Positions 12,781-31,324 of a stretch of DNA of 64,000 nucleotides are shown here, in pieces; the first letter of the stretch is position 1; every line of letters starts with the position of its first letter. This DNA is from the human T2T-CHM13v2.0 reference genome, Homo sapiens: NCBI RefSeq assembly GCF_009914755.1, contig NC_060946.1; one strand, given 5' to 3'. The position numbers were made by a program, and so were the translations under genes. The notes below the pieces were generated by a model. It did not search any database, was not told the origin of the DNA, and saw nothing but the letters and a program-made list of their open reading frames with translations.

Positions 12781-14134
12781 CCTTAGAGGCTTCTTGCAAA
12801 CCTAAAAGAGATAAAATGTGTGACGCTCCTGGTATAAGATCAATGCTCAATGATAGCAGTTCCCTCCCTTCCAACAAGTATTCAAGGACGGAGCTTCCCT
12901 ATTAGTAGATGGTGCCTTCCTGTCTGCTGCATTTTAGTAACCTGGCATTTTTACTCTGATGATATTTTTTGTGGTATCCTACAAATGTTAGTATAGAGAA
13001 TGATTCATCATGTAAACTAAAATCACTGCTCGCAAGTAACTGCAAACTGCAAATTACAGGGAGAACAGAGGTTTAAAAATGTACTTTAAAATAATAAAAA
13101 CTCAAGAGAAGTCACTTAATCCAGTATTTTATTGGAAATTGGACCAACTCCAATTCTCTTAAGGGTACCACAGTTTGGTAACCAGATGTTAATACTGTTC
13201 TTCTGCCAAAGAAAACTGCAAGATTTAAAGGGTATTTTTTCCTTTAAGAATTATGTTCTATTTATATTTCCAAAACATATATTTCTCTGATAATGCAATA
13301 GATTAGAGTAAAATCTAATTGAAGTATCTCTTCAATCTCCATGCTACTCTAAGATATATTTGAGGTGCACTGGGCACTGGAAGAGAAAGTGCCAATTCCT
13401 CGGCAAATAGGCTAAAGGGTAAAATGGACAACAGTAGATAGCTAGCCCAACATTCAGATTTACAACTAAAAGACAAGCATTGTGGAAGCAGCCCAAACCC
13501 AATAGTAGAACTTAATTATTCCATTGTAACTAGCAACATGAGCCTCATTAAGGGATGGGAACAGTAGTCATGAAGAAATGTGACTGTTGGTAAGATCCAA
13601 GCTGTCAAAAGAAATAAAGTAAACCCTCATCCAAACCAACCAAATTTCAAAGTAAAGTAAATTCTCTGTATTTTTCCCTCAAGATACAAATATAAGTATA
13701 CTAATCTACAGTATCATAATAAAAATTATGACAACTATACCAAGAGCATTTTATTATTCTCTATTAGACTTGGCAAGAGCTCTGAGCTGCTTTCTCCACA
13801 TCATCACTTGAGTATTCCCTGGGCCTCAAAGCTGTTTCTGATATAAATGAAGCACAGCAAATATGATATTCACCTTGTAACATATTCAAAGTGTAGATAA
13901 CAGAGATTTGATTCTTTGGCAGCATTATCCATGGACTTGACCTTTGGTAACTGTTCACAAATTAATCAGTTATCCAATACAAGTAAATGATCAAATGAAC
14001 AGAAAAGCTAAAATGCAACAACATTAGATCAAATCCACATCTTCTGTGTAAACACCTTCAACATACTATCTTAATTATCAAAAGAAATAAAAGCTAAAAA
14101 GCACAACACTAGACCAAATTGACATCCAAGTGGC

Positions 14135-14302
14135 TACAGCAAGTAGCTATAGTAGTATAAAATAAAGTAGACTGCAAAACAAAAGTAGAACCAGAGATAA
14201 AGAGGGACATTTACAATTATAAAGGGGCAAATTCAACAGAAAGACATATCATCATAAATATGTATGTATGCACCTAATAACAGAACTTCAAAATGTATGA
14301 AA
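14135..14302 (+). mobile_element. Old L1M ORF2 endonuclease-region fragment
   Basis: agagataaagagggacattt..aagacat..atgcacctaataacagaacttcaaaa. Confidence 0.7.
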
Positions 14303-14364
14303 CTATTTGTACCACCACTATTTGGTCTCCCACTTTCTTGAACCACCTTCACCTAAATTCCTCT

Positions 14365-16035
14365 AAACAAGATCACAAATGACCTCTAGTATTGTTAAAA
14401 ATGATGACCAATTCTCAATCTCATCTTACTTGACCTATCATTTACTCACCTTCAAAAGATTGTCCTCTTTTGACCTCAATGGCTTCATTCTTTCTCCATT
14501 CTTCCAAAGTCTATCATAATTCCAGGTAAGAAGTACTGTACACAAGAGATTGGATGTAGACAGAACAATTCTATTCATTTGTTCATTCACTGGCCATTAT
14601 TTCTCAGTTTCCTTTCCTAATTCTTAACCTGATCTTTCTTTCTTAATATTGGAGTACCCAAGATGTGGTTTCCAGACCTCTCCTGTACTTATTACATCTA
14701 TTGCTTTATACCTATGTACTTTCTTTGGTGAAAATGGCATTGTTGAGTTTGAGACACTTTCCTTTGTCCGCAGCAGCAATATGTTGATCCCAAATTGTCC
14801 CCTCACCCATTTCTACTTATTATTTGTGATTTCAGGGTAACTGGCTACGGTTATAATATACATCTCACAAATTTACAACTCAATTGAATTACAAATGTAC
14901 ACTCAAATCTCCACTTGGATATCTAATAAACATCAAAAACTGAACTCTTACTTCTAACTCCCTTCCCCTAAAACCTTTATCCACATTATTTCTCTACTCA
15001 ATAAATGGCAATTTCAATCTACCAGTTGCTCAGGTCAAATGATTCTGCTGTGTTCTTTTTCTCATATCCCACATTCAATACTTTAGAAAATTCAGTTAGT
15101 CCTACTTTCAAAAAGATATCTAGAACGCACCTTTTCACCACTCTATTGCTACCACCTTTGTCCAAACCATCATTTCTCTTGCCTAGATCACAAGGGCCTC
15201 CCAATTGGAATTGGCCTCATGTATCTGGTGTCCTCACAGCCTATTTTTCACATAGCAGCTAGGATGATCCTTTTGAGCATTAGTCTGATCATGTCAACAC
15301 TTTGCTCAAAACCTCTGATGTCCTCCTATTAGAGTAAAATCTAAAGTCTTTACCATGGCCTTCAAACCCTATATGATCTTCCCTCCCCTAAACAACTTAT
15401 TTGACTTCATCTTCTTCATTCACCCCAGTCAAAACAAACCGTTCTCTTTGTTACTCTGTGAGCAGAGTAAGCACATCCCCTCCTGTGGGCTTTTACCCCG
15501 ATGGTCCCTCTGCCTAGATTACTCTTTCCCCAGAAGCCACATGGCTTTTTCCCTTATTTCCTTCAGGTCTCTGCTTATACATTACTTCTTAAGAAACACC
15601 TTTATGTTCTATCCAAGATAAAATTGCACCCCATCCTCTTCATCACTCTTTTTTTTTAAACATTTGTTTTTTTGTTTGTTAGTTGGTTTTTTGTTTTGGT
15701 AGAGACAAGGTCTCATTATGTTGCCCAGGCTGATCTCAAACTCCTGGCCTTGAGTGACCCTCTTGCCTTGGCCACCCAAAAGACTGGGATTACAGGCCTG
15801 AGCCATGGTACCTAAGCCCTTCATCACTCTTTATCGCTCCTCTTTACTTACTTTATTCTTCTTCTGAGTACTTATCATCATCTTCCATACAGTATGTTTA
15901 CCATCTCTTTGTCCCATACTAGAACATAAGCTCCATGAAAGCAGAAAATTTATTTTATTCAGCAACAAGTCCCTATTGCCTAAAGCAGTATCAGTTACAT
16001 AGTAAGTATGCATTCAATACGTGGTGATGAAACGA
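14365..16035 (+). mobile_element. L2 (L2a-like) 3' portion, interrupted by a FLAM
   Basis: ctccacttggatatctaata; ccagttgctcagg; gatcatgtca..tgctcaaaacc; tagaacataagctccatgaaagcag. Confidence 0.8.
15652..15818 (-). mobile_element. FLAM (free left Alu monomer)
   Basis: Monomer; TSD cttcatcactcttt at 15638-15651 and 15819-15832. Confidence 0.9.
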
Positions 16036-16288
16036 AGGTATTCTCGCAGTTAACTGGGTATCTTCAATGCTTCCTCTGCCTTGTGACCCACATCCCATTA
16101 GTCACTAAGTTCTTTCAAGTCTATAACTAAAATACTCCATTACATCTCTCCATTTCCACTACCACTGCTAGGTCAGCCCCTTATCATCCGTCTTCTGCAA
16201 CGGACTTATCACTGCACTTTCTGTACCCAAACTTTGTCTACTGCATTTCCTAAGTAGAAAGATGACAGACTTTAAAAATTAGACAGGT

Positions 16289-16825
<537 letters not shown>

Positions 16826-16852
16826 TAAATGTAGATAATAATATCTACTTTT

Positions 16853-16963
16853 AATAGATGTTAATTTTTAATATACTTTTTTACAGTTTACATTTTTAGT
16901 TTTAGGTTCACAGCAAGATTCAGTAGAAGGTACAGAGAGTTCCCATACACTCTCTCCACACTT
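16853..16963 (-). mobile_element. Short L1MD-type 3' end
   Basis: agttttaggttcacagcaa..gtacagagagttcccata; flanked by direct repeats ataata(t/c)ctactttt. Confidence 0.75.
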
Positions 16964-17424
16964 ATAATACCTACTTTTCAGGATTATCATGAGGAGTAAA
17001 TAAAATAATATAAAATATATAATTTTATTAATAGTAGAAGTATAAGTAATAGGCACTCACTTATTGTGAATTTTTTACTTTCCAAATGCCTCTGATCAGG
17101 TTATTTCATGCCTCAAAATTTTAACTGGCTTACCTCTATATAGGGAATGAATCAAATTATTTAGTCTGATATTTAAAATACTACAATTTAGCTCCATCCT
17201 AGCTTTCCAACTTTATCTTTCACTAAATATCCCCATGCACTAGCCCATATGCAATCTTTACCCACAACTCTACTCACTATGTCTGATCACATTCAGCATT
17301 TTCCTACTTCTGTTCTTTGCTCCACCTCTGCCAAAAACACTTTTTCCCTCCAGTAAGTCTGCCAAAATCTTCCAAACTTTCTAAGCCCCGCTCGAGTCCC
17401 ATTTTCTATAAGAAGGCTTCACCA

Positions 17425-17736
<312 letters not shown>

Positions 17737-18483
17737 TCACCAGTTTTAGCAGTTGGCATATTCATCTCTTCTCCAATACTTTCACATTACTTTGCTTATG
17801 CTTTTTCTTCCTGCTCTCTCATGATGGGCAGGGACCACATCTTATTCAGCAATTAGTACAGTGCTGTGCAATCCTTGGCATTCAGAAAGAGTCTGTTGAA
17901 TTAAATGAATTAAATTTAATTTGCTGACTATACAATCACAAGTTACTCAACAACAGATGAGAAAGCTAAAGATTCATACCTAAAATATTTGTCCTTGAAT
18001 GGGTATAGGGTCAGACACAGGTATTTCTTTCTATACTATGACTCCATAGGGTCTAAGAGCTTTAAAAAAATGCCTTGGGGTGAAAGGGAGAAAGGAAGTA
18101 AAAGGGAGAGAAGCCACTAAATATTTAATAGCTACAGAATCTTGATAATCATATACTACTGCATTTTGTCACTTCTTGCAGTGTTTCCTTGAGACATTTT
18201 TAAACTTTCATCATTTAACTTTAGCTTTCTTATAGTTTTTTTTTGTTTTTTTGTTTTGTTTTGTTTTAAGTTATTATTATTATACTTTAAGTTTTAGGGT
18301 ACATGTGCACAATGTGCAGGTTTGTTACATATGCATACATGTGCCATGCTGGTGCCCTGCACCCACTAACTTGTCATCTAGCATTAGGTATATCACCCAA
18401 TGCTATCCCTCCCCACTCCCCCACCCCCAAAACAGGCCCCAGAGTGTGATGTTCCCCTTCCTGTGTCCACGTGTTCTCAATGT

Positions 18484-22322
<3,839 letters not shown>

Positions 22323-22368
22323 TTATTTTGCTGGTTAGTTGATGCAGTTTCTTCCTAGCCTCGATGGT

Positions 22369-23385
22369 CTACATTTTGGCATGATTTTGCAGCGGCTGGT
22401 ATCAGTTGTTCCTTTCCATGTTTAGCGCTTCCTTCAGGAGCTCTTTTAGGGCAGGCCTGGTGGTGACAAAATCTCTCAGCATTTGCTTGTCTGTAAAGGA
22501 TTTTATTTCTCCTTCACTTATGAAGCTTAGTTTGGCTGGATATGAAATTCTGGGTTGAAAATTCTTTTCTTTAAGAATGTTGAATATTGGCCCCCACTCT
22601 CTTCTGGCTTGTAGAGTTTCTGCCGAGACATCAGCTGTTAGTCTGATGGGCTTCCCTTTGTGGGTAACCCGACCTTTCTCCCTGGCTGTCCTTAACATTT
22701 TTTCCTTCATTTCAACTTTGGTGAATCTGACAATTATGTGTCTTGGAGTTGCTCTTCTCGAGGAGTATCTTTGTGGCGTTCTCTGTATTTCCTGAATCTG
22801 AATGTTGGCCTGCCTTGCTAGACTGGGGAAGTTCTCCTGGATGATATCCTGCAGAGTGTTTTCCAACTTGGTTCCATTCTCCCCGTCACTTTCAGGTACA
22901 CCAATCAGATGTAGATTTGGTCTTTTCACATAGTCCCATATTTCTTGGAGGTTTTGCTCGTTTCTTTTTATTCTTTTTTCTCTAAACTTCCCTTCTTGCT
23001 TCATTTCATTCACTTCATCTTCCATCGCTGATACCCTTTCTTCCAGTTGATTGCATCAGCTCCTGAGGCTTCTGCATTCTTCACATAGTTCTCGAGCCTT
23101 GGTTTTCAGCTCCAGGAGCTCCTTTAAGCACTTCTCTGTATTGGTTATTCTAGTTATACGTTCTTCTAAACTTTTTTGAAAGTTTTCAACTTCTTTGCCT
23201 TTGATTTGAATTTCCTCCCGTAGCTCGGAGTAATCTGATCGTCTGAAGCCTTCTTCTCTCAGCTCGTCAAAGTCATTCTCCGTCCAGCTTTGTTCTGTTG
23301 CTGGTGAGGAACTGCGTTCCTTTGGAGGAGGAGAGGCGCTCTGCTTTTTAGAGTTTTCAGTTTTTCTGCTCTGTTTTTTCCCCAT
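22369..23385 (-). pseudogene. L1 ORF1, disrupted by premature stops
   Basis: MGKKQSRKT...; canonical 1017-nt span; TGA stops at 23056-23058 and 22402-22404. Confidence 0.95.
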
Positions 23386-24293
23386 CTTTGTGGTTTTATC
23401 TACTTTTGGTCTTTGATGATGGTGATGTACAGATGGGTTTTTGGTGTGGATGTCCTTTCTGTTTGTTAGTTTTCCTTCTAACAGACAGGACCCTCAGCTG
23501 CAGGTCTGTTGGAGTACCTGGCTGTGTGAGGTGTCAGTCTGCCCCTGGTGGGGGATGCCTCCCAGTTAGGCTGCTCGGGGGTCAGGGGTCAGGGACCCAC
23601 TTGAGGAGGCAGTCTGCCCGTTCTCAGATCTCCAGCTGCTTGCTAGGAGAACCACTGCTCTCTTCAAAGCTGTCAGACAGGGACATCTAAGTCTGCAGAG
23701 GTTACTGCTGTCTTTTTGTTTGTCTGTGCCCTGCCCCCAGAGGTGGAGCCTACAGAGGCAGGCAGGCCTCCTTGAGTTGTGGTGGGCTCCACCCAGTTCG
23801 AGCTTCTGGGCTGCTTTGTTTACCTAAGCAAGCCTGGGCAATGGCGGGCACTCCTCCCCCAGCCTCGCTGCCGCCTTGCAGTTTGATCTCAGACTGCTGT
23901 GCTAGCAATCAGGGAGACTCCGTGGGCGTAGGACCCTCCAAGCCAGGTGCGGGATATAATCTCCTGGTGCGCCATTTTTTAAGCCCATCGGAAAAGCGCA
24001 GTATTCGGGTGGGAGTGACCCGATTTTCCAGGTGCCGTCTGTCACCCCTTTCTTTGACTAGGAAAGGGAACTCCCTGACTCCTTGCGCTTCCCGAGTGAG
24101 GCAATGCCTCGCCCTGCTTCGGCTCACGCATGGTGCGCGCACCCACTGACCTGCGCCCACTGTCTGGCACTCCCTAGTGAGATGAACCCGGTACCTCAGA
24201 TGGAAATGCAGAAATCACCCGTCTTCTGCATCGCTCACGCTGGGAGCTGTAGACCGGAGCTGCTCCTATTCGGCCATCTTGGTTCCTCCCTCC
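23386..24293 (-). promoter_or_regulatory. L1 5'UTR bidirectional promoter (sense and antisense), CpG-rich, YY1 site intact
   Basis: ggccatcttg at 24272-24281 is the YY1 motif; many CpGs retained. Confidence 0.8.
23841..24149 (+). CDS. L1 antisense ORF0, open, 102 aa
   Basis: [35 protein letters not shown] matches ORF0; CAG|GT donor motifs at 23947 and 24032; expression unknown. Confidence 0.55.
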   Translation: MAGTPPPASLPPCSLISDCCASNQGDSVGVGPSKPGAGYNLLVRHFLSPSEKRSIRVGVTRFSRCRLSPLSLTRKGNSLTPCASRVRQCLALLRLTHGARTH

Positions 24294-24609
24294 TTTTTTT
24301 TTTTTTTTTTTTTTTTTTGAGACAGGGTCTTGCTCTGTCACCCAGGCTAGAGTGTAGTGGTATGATAAATGGCTCACTGCAACCTCGACCTCCTGGGCTT
24401 AAGCTATCTTCCCACCTCAGCCTTCTGAGTAGCTGGGACCATAGGTGCAAACCACTATACCCAGTTAATTGTTTTATATTTATTTTTTGTAGAGATGAGG
24501 TCTTGCTGTGTTGCTCAGGCTGGTCTCAAACTCCTGGGCTCAAGCAATCCTCCGACCTTGGCCTCTCAAAATGCTGGGAATACCCAGATGTGAGCCACCA
24601 AGCCTGGCC
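24294..24609 (-). mobile_element. AluJ whose A tail received the L1PA2
   Basis: TSD tttctcatatttt (24610-24622) matches tttcttatagttt (18226-18238) beyond the L1 3' end. Confidence 0.9.
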
Positions 24610-24834
24610 TTTCTCATATTTTCAAACTAGATGATCAGTTCTATGTAGGCAGAGTTCACCTCTAGCCAGATCTAGCACTTTTACAGTCGATTCTTTTACA
24701 ACACAAGCTTTCTACAGTACCACTTAGCTCATGTCAATAGCATATAGATATTGTATTGGTTCATGGGTGTGATTTTTTTTTCCTAGGCAAGAGGAGCTGG
24801 AATAGAACAGAATTCAGAAAGAAAAGCAAAACAG

Positions 24835-25189
<355 letters not shown>

Positions 25190-25330
25190 TTATTTAAGAA
25201 AAATTCAAAGTGAAAGCTTGCATACAAGGCTAAAAGAGGTGTTAATTCTTGGTTCTCATCTTGGAGCAAGCCTTATTTCCTTCTGTGCCCACCTTAATGG
25301 CAACTCCACTGGCTCAGAGCTCCACTTACC

Positions 25331-25458
25331 TTTTTGTTTTTGTTTTTGAGATGAGGTCTTACTATGTTTCCCAAACTGGTCTCAAACTTCTTGGTTCAAG
25401 TAATCCTCTTGCCTCAGCCTCCCAAGTAGCTGGGACTACAGGTCCCACCACGCCAGCT
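25331..25458 (-). mobile_element. FLAM_A-like monomer
   Basis: gagatgaggtcttactatgtt..gctgggactacagg. Confidence 0.85.
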
Positions 25459-26820
25459 CAGGGTTCACTTCCAAATAGCTCCACATTTATACAAGCCAGC
25501 ATTTTTTTTACTCTTTTTTGTGCATTTTTAATTTAATATAATCTATGGCAACCTCCACCTATGCTGAGCTGCCTGCCTGGGCTGTCCAAGCCCTTGTGTT
25601 CTGGGTACCATGGGTCAATGTTGCACAGATTTTGAGTGGTCTGCACCCAACCCTATTTTTTAATAATCCATTATTTTTAGTATACAATTTTGTAGAATGT
25701 ACAAGTATCATGTTTTATTAAATATCTGTTTATCCAAAGCCACTAGCATAGTGCCTTGAATATAACACTTAAAAGTTTAATGGAATCAATTTGAAAACAA
25801 CTAAAAACATTTTATTTTGCTATTGTTCCCCTGATCTTAAATCTAAAATCAATTTGTCTTCTCCAAACTCTGGGATTCCTAAAAACTCTCAGCCCCACAT
25901 AAGGAGTACTTCCCTGCTAAGGTTTCCATTCATCACACCAAAATCACTACTTAAACAGCTTCTGCTAATACAAGATTCAATTTACTGTTATAAAAAGATC
26001 TAATCTGCAACAACATCCGTATGACTGTCAAACCCCAATAAGCAAGGTGACCTCTCTGCTTGGTGATTCAAACTTGGGCCAAAATGAATTGAAAAGCTGA
26101 GACAAACAGGGACAGTTTTCTATTCAGTTTCACAGCTGCTTGGGCTACTGCCCAGTCTCCATAATGAGGGTGGTCTCTTGCTTTGTTTTCATGAAACCAA
26201 CAGCATGTAGAACACACAGCATTTCAATAACGTATGAATTTCAGCCTTCAGGATATCATATTGTCCCCAGTTGCTTGATATTTTGTCTCTCTCCTCCTCA
26301 GAATAGTCAGAAACACACTGGAGCACACACATAGTAATACTATGACTATGTGCTCCAGAACACACAAATACTATGACTTCTACTTGAACCAGCTTAAATG
26401 ATCTGCTTATTGTCTACACAATGAATAACCAATATACCATTTTAAGTGAAAGCCTCCATACTTTTATCTTTAATTTCAAATCCCCAGACAGGAACATGAG
26501 TTTCAATTTAAAAATCTGGAGATCAAAAGTACATTGTACTGTATGTCTAACCAGGCCTGACAATGCTCCTTTAACCCAATTTAGAGATATGCATGCATAT
26601 GTATGTATTTTCATGGATATGGCAACAGGATTTGTTTTTAACACATACAAATATCTGCCATATATAATTTTTACAAAGAGAGAGCAAATTAATCTTCCTC
26701 CCTTCCTTTCTTCTTTCTTTCTCTTCCCTGCCTCCCTACTTCCTTCCCTCCTTCTTCTATCCCTTCCAGGGAGACAAGTGTGGTACTAGAAAACATTTTC
26801 CTTATAAAACAGCAATAACT

Positions 26821-27072
<252 letters not shown>

Positions 27073-28494
27073 CCAGCAACAACCCCAATACTCATTGTTA
27101 CTGTGTATTTATATAAACTTTGTGTAAACAGCCCACACATCCTTGTAGGACTGTTTTACCCCTGACATATGCTGCTCAACCTAATTATTTACATTACAAA
27201 ATATATTCAAATAACAGCAACAATATTTTTAAACACCATGCACCCAAGGTCTAATAACCATTTGGATATGAACTATGGCTTATCTTTCATCAAAGCAAGC
27301 AAAATCAGGAAAGGCATTTATAAATTTCATATAGAAGCCCTAAGAATGTGAAAAATATTCACAACTATGACTAATGCAGACAAATAATAAACTCAGAGAG
27401 GTTAAGTGGTTTGTCCAAGATCACATAGCTATTTGGTAGCAAAACTTATTTATCATTATTATCCAATGTTCTTCCCATTATTCCACATTGCTCCCCTCTG
27501 CTAATAGGTCAGGAAAGATACTACTTAAAATAGTAATGCTGGGCATCAGATAAACAGTCTAAAAGAAAAACTTGACTTTGGGGAAATAGAATTTCTAAAG
27601 AGTGACACATCAAAGAATGAAGTATGTGTGTAATTTGGTGATTACATTTTCCAGGAACTGGCAGAAGAGATTGCACTAGTTCAAAGAAAGCCAAAGCCAA
27701 AGGTTACACTCTCCGTTAGAAAATAAGAGCGATTTCACTAGTATTGAAAGGCCCAATCTGACAACTGGTAGTAAAAGCAATCTGTCCACTGGCTGTCTGT
27801 TCATACTGGGCCACATAGCTCAACTTGTAAAGGTTGTAATTCTGAGTAATCAGTTTGTGGATGTAAGCCTTAAGCAAAGCCCAAAGCAGCAGCCCAGATC
27901 ATTTCCTCTGTCCCCCTCCCCAACCCCTTTTTAATGAAGCCACAAATTCAGTGGAGTCTGGAGATTTAAATTCTAATCATTTTCCCTTTGCCCTTTAACA
28001 TTGGTGCTCCCAAGGGAACCTTTACTTCCAAGCATTACTATTCTAGGACCCTGAATCAATAACCCACAGCTCTAAAAGGCAAGAATGCCAAGTAAATGCT
28101 GTTTTCTTCCTCCCTCCCCATCCCAATTAAGGAAAATGAAATTTATAAGGCTGTGGAAGAGTCTCCAATAGAGACACTATAATAATAAAACCACTCAGAA
28201 TTTCTCCAACCAGACTAAACAAAATGCTGCATTCAACTTGCACACAGCAACCATGTGATAATCCACTTTACTACATTTAGAAAGAATGCTTCCCAAAAGA
28301 GGGCACTTACGACTATGATTGTCTTTCTGTCCCTGCTCCCCATCCAAAACTACCAGGCACCAATACTCACCTTATTCCTCTGTACACAATGAAATGTACC
28401 AGACCACAGCTTGACACTGCTTTACACAGAGAAGGCTGGCTGTGTGGCAAACTAATCCAATATTAAGAATAAAAACAATAATTTTAATTTTCAA

Positions 28495-28780
28495 TTTAAT
28501 GAATATTTATTGAACATCTTTTATATAGCAAACAGTGAGCTACATGCTGGCGATAAAGTTAAAAAGAAAAAAAATCCAGTCCCTGATCTCAATAATCTCA
28601 TTAACTAGTAAGATAAAGAGACAAGGGAACAAACAAAAATCTAACAAAAATCCCTTAGAGTTCTATATAGCCCTTCATAACTTTCATAAAACCTTTGTAT
28701 CCTTTAAAGCTCATTGATCCTCACAAGAGTCCCGATGTAGGTAAGGCAGTTCTTACTGTCCTCACTTAACAGGTGAAAAC
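28495..28780 (-). mobile_element. L2 3' end followed by a MIR fragment
   Basis: aatatttattgaacatct..cagtccctgatctca; tgatcctcacaa..ttaacaggtgaaaac. Confidence 0.55.
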
Positions 28781-30741
28781 ACAAATTCACTGTACGGAAT
28801 TGTCATGAATAAGAGGCAAGAGTAGTAACACACCACAAAGCTAGTGCTCACAAAGAATGAGACTGTATTTAATGAAACCATACATAATGTTGCATCCTAA
28901 TTACATGAGACAGCACAGGCAGAGAGTGAACAGCTCTTACAGCAAAACAGTGCTGAAAGGATGACCAAGTAAATAGTATACAAACCACGGATGCTTCTGA
29001 TAGACATCAAGACTCTGTGATACTCTGTAATTCGACTGAACCATTACTGATTTGTTAGTGCTGTTTTGAGTCTTTTATTTCCTTCAGCAATGTCACCAAA
29101 ATTCTAGTATTAGAAAATGTGCCACAAACATGAAAAGCTAAGAAACACTGACTTAAGAACATAGAGCTAATACATGGTAGTATAAAATCAAGTTTTTGAT
29201 CCCGCATTCTATGTTCTTTCTCCTACAAAATACAGCCCCAGATGTACAAAGGAAATCCAGATCATATGAATTTCACTTTGGAAAGGAATTCTTCAACACT
29301 CCAGAGGGCTTTGAGTCCAGGATCCCTGGGTGTATCCCAAGTCTCCAGTAGCCGCATAGTAAGCCCTAGAATCCCATATATACTCAGAATTTATTAATCA
29401 GGTCTGAACATTTTATAGGCACCAGATCAGGCTGGATCCCCCAAGAGCCTAGTTCAGATCTAATCTTCAAGGTGACACATGTTGCCCCCAGACTGACTCC
29501 TGAAACATAGGTACTGTAAGTTGCAGTATAAACCTGGTCAGGCTAGAACACTGGTCCCCGCCCCATTCCAAATCAAAGAGGATCTGGTTAAGTGCCTGAA
29601 ACTGTCATCCTGAGAACTATGGAGCCCAAGTGGTTACAGCAGCCCCACTTCTGTGGTCAGGAGAGATGGAGAGGGGGCCAGGGCCTGTGCTCAGGAGACA
29701 CAAAGAGGGGGCCAGAGGGGGCCACTGTGGATTAAATACAGTAGCCGCATTTCTGTGCTCAGGAGAGATGGAGAGGGAGCCAGAAGAGGGGAAAGAGAAA
29801 CAGACAAAATAAATGCTAAGAAGAGGAGGGGCAAGAAAACATGGGAACAAAAATTAGAAGCATGAGCATAAAGAAGGGATGAAAGATGTGAATCTGCTCT
29901 TCCTTCAGTCAGCCTCCATTTCTGTGAGCCTCTCACAGTGTGAACACTTTGACAAACTGAGGGTGACTCCAGCATGTAAGGCATTATTCATCTCTAAACA
30001 TCATGGCCCCTAAATGCAAGCCAAGTATATCTAGGGCTCAACCAAATAAATGGTGCTTTGTTATAATGCTGCAGAAAAAGCCTGCTGTGCCTGCTGTGTT
30101 GAATTTATTGATCTCTAATATGGAATTTCTAAATGGATTTTTCAAGGTAATTTTGACTATTTCATTTTTCACTTTATATGCTAACTTTGGAACCTACCCC
30201 CCAAATAAGGTATAGCTTCATAATAATATTTTTCTCAAGGTAAACATGACCTATCAAGTGAGTATTGCCAATCTTTTACCATTAATCTTCTTTCTAATTT
30301 CCAGTTTATCACTTCTATATCCTTCTTGTTACTTCAATTTAAAATAACAGGACTACAATAACTGGTTCAGATATATGTGTTTTTAAACTTAAACATGGAC
30401 TACAGAAATCAAAACAGTTGTTTGGGGAGTTATTTTGCCTTTTTTTTTTTTTTTTACATTTCTAACTGTAGTGATCTGGCAATGAACATTCATTGCAATG
30501 GTGTTGATCCTAATATATGATATACTTCAACTCTACCAGACTTTTTCATTCTCCAGCCAACTGTCTCCTGTCAGCCTTTGTTTGAAATTTCTTAACTTCT
30601 GGGGATTGCTGCCAAACTCTTAATACCATGAACCCCGCATTATCTCTGTAAAATTTAAATCCCTGCCTGTATACTCCAGCTACCCAGCTCATTTCTGAGC
30701 CCTATCAAGTACAATGTTTGTATAAGTTGAGACTAAAACCG

Positions 30742-31028
30742 TTTTTTTTTTTTTTTTTTTGAGACAGGCTTGCTCTGTCACATAGGCTGGAGTGCAGTGG
30801 CACAGTCATAGCTCGTTGCAGTCTTGACCTCCCAGGCTCAAGTAATCCTCCCTCCCATCTCAGCCTCCCAAGTAGATGGGACTACAGGCATGCACCACCA
30901 TACCTGGCTAGTTTTTTTTCAGTAGAAACGAGGTGCCTGGGCTGTTCTCAAACTCCTGGGCTCAAGTAGTACTTCACCTTGGCCCCCCAAAGTGCTGGGA
31001 TTACAGGTGTCAGCCACTACGCCCAGCC
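30742..31028 (-). mobile_element. AluJ
   Basis: Poly-T plus J-type dimer. Confidence 0.92.
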
Positions 31029-31324
31029 TAGAAACTTGTATTATCAGCCTAAAACATAACTAGAAAAGTAAATTTCTATAATCACACAAACTGATAAATT
31101 TATCTTAAATACTATCAGTTCAAAGATAATAAGTTTTTAATTCTTGTTGTTTCATATTACCAAAATCACTGTATTATTGGTCCATATATTATCCTTCAAA
31201 GCACTCCATCCCTTGCCTTGCCTCACCTAGCCTCACAACAATCTGATAAGCCATCCTCATCTACAACCAAGAGGAGAATTCACCAGATATTCATCTTCAA
31301 CAGGCAATTTTTAAAACAGCCTTC

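Noticed and set aside
14443-14520. Minus-strand exon with a perfect donor
   Set aside because: It lies in L2-like sequence and has no good acceptor.
24083-24634. 183-aa ORF and the many 60-130 aa ORFs with LECSG, PASAS or GFHHVGQAG motifs
   Set aside because: These are standard Alu/L1 translation artefacts.
27655-27702. 48-nt plus-strand exon ELAEEIALVQRKPKPK
   Set aside because: Weak donor (GTTACA), unrecognised peptide, and opposite to the inferred host strand.
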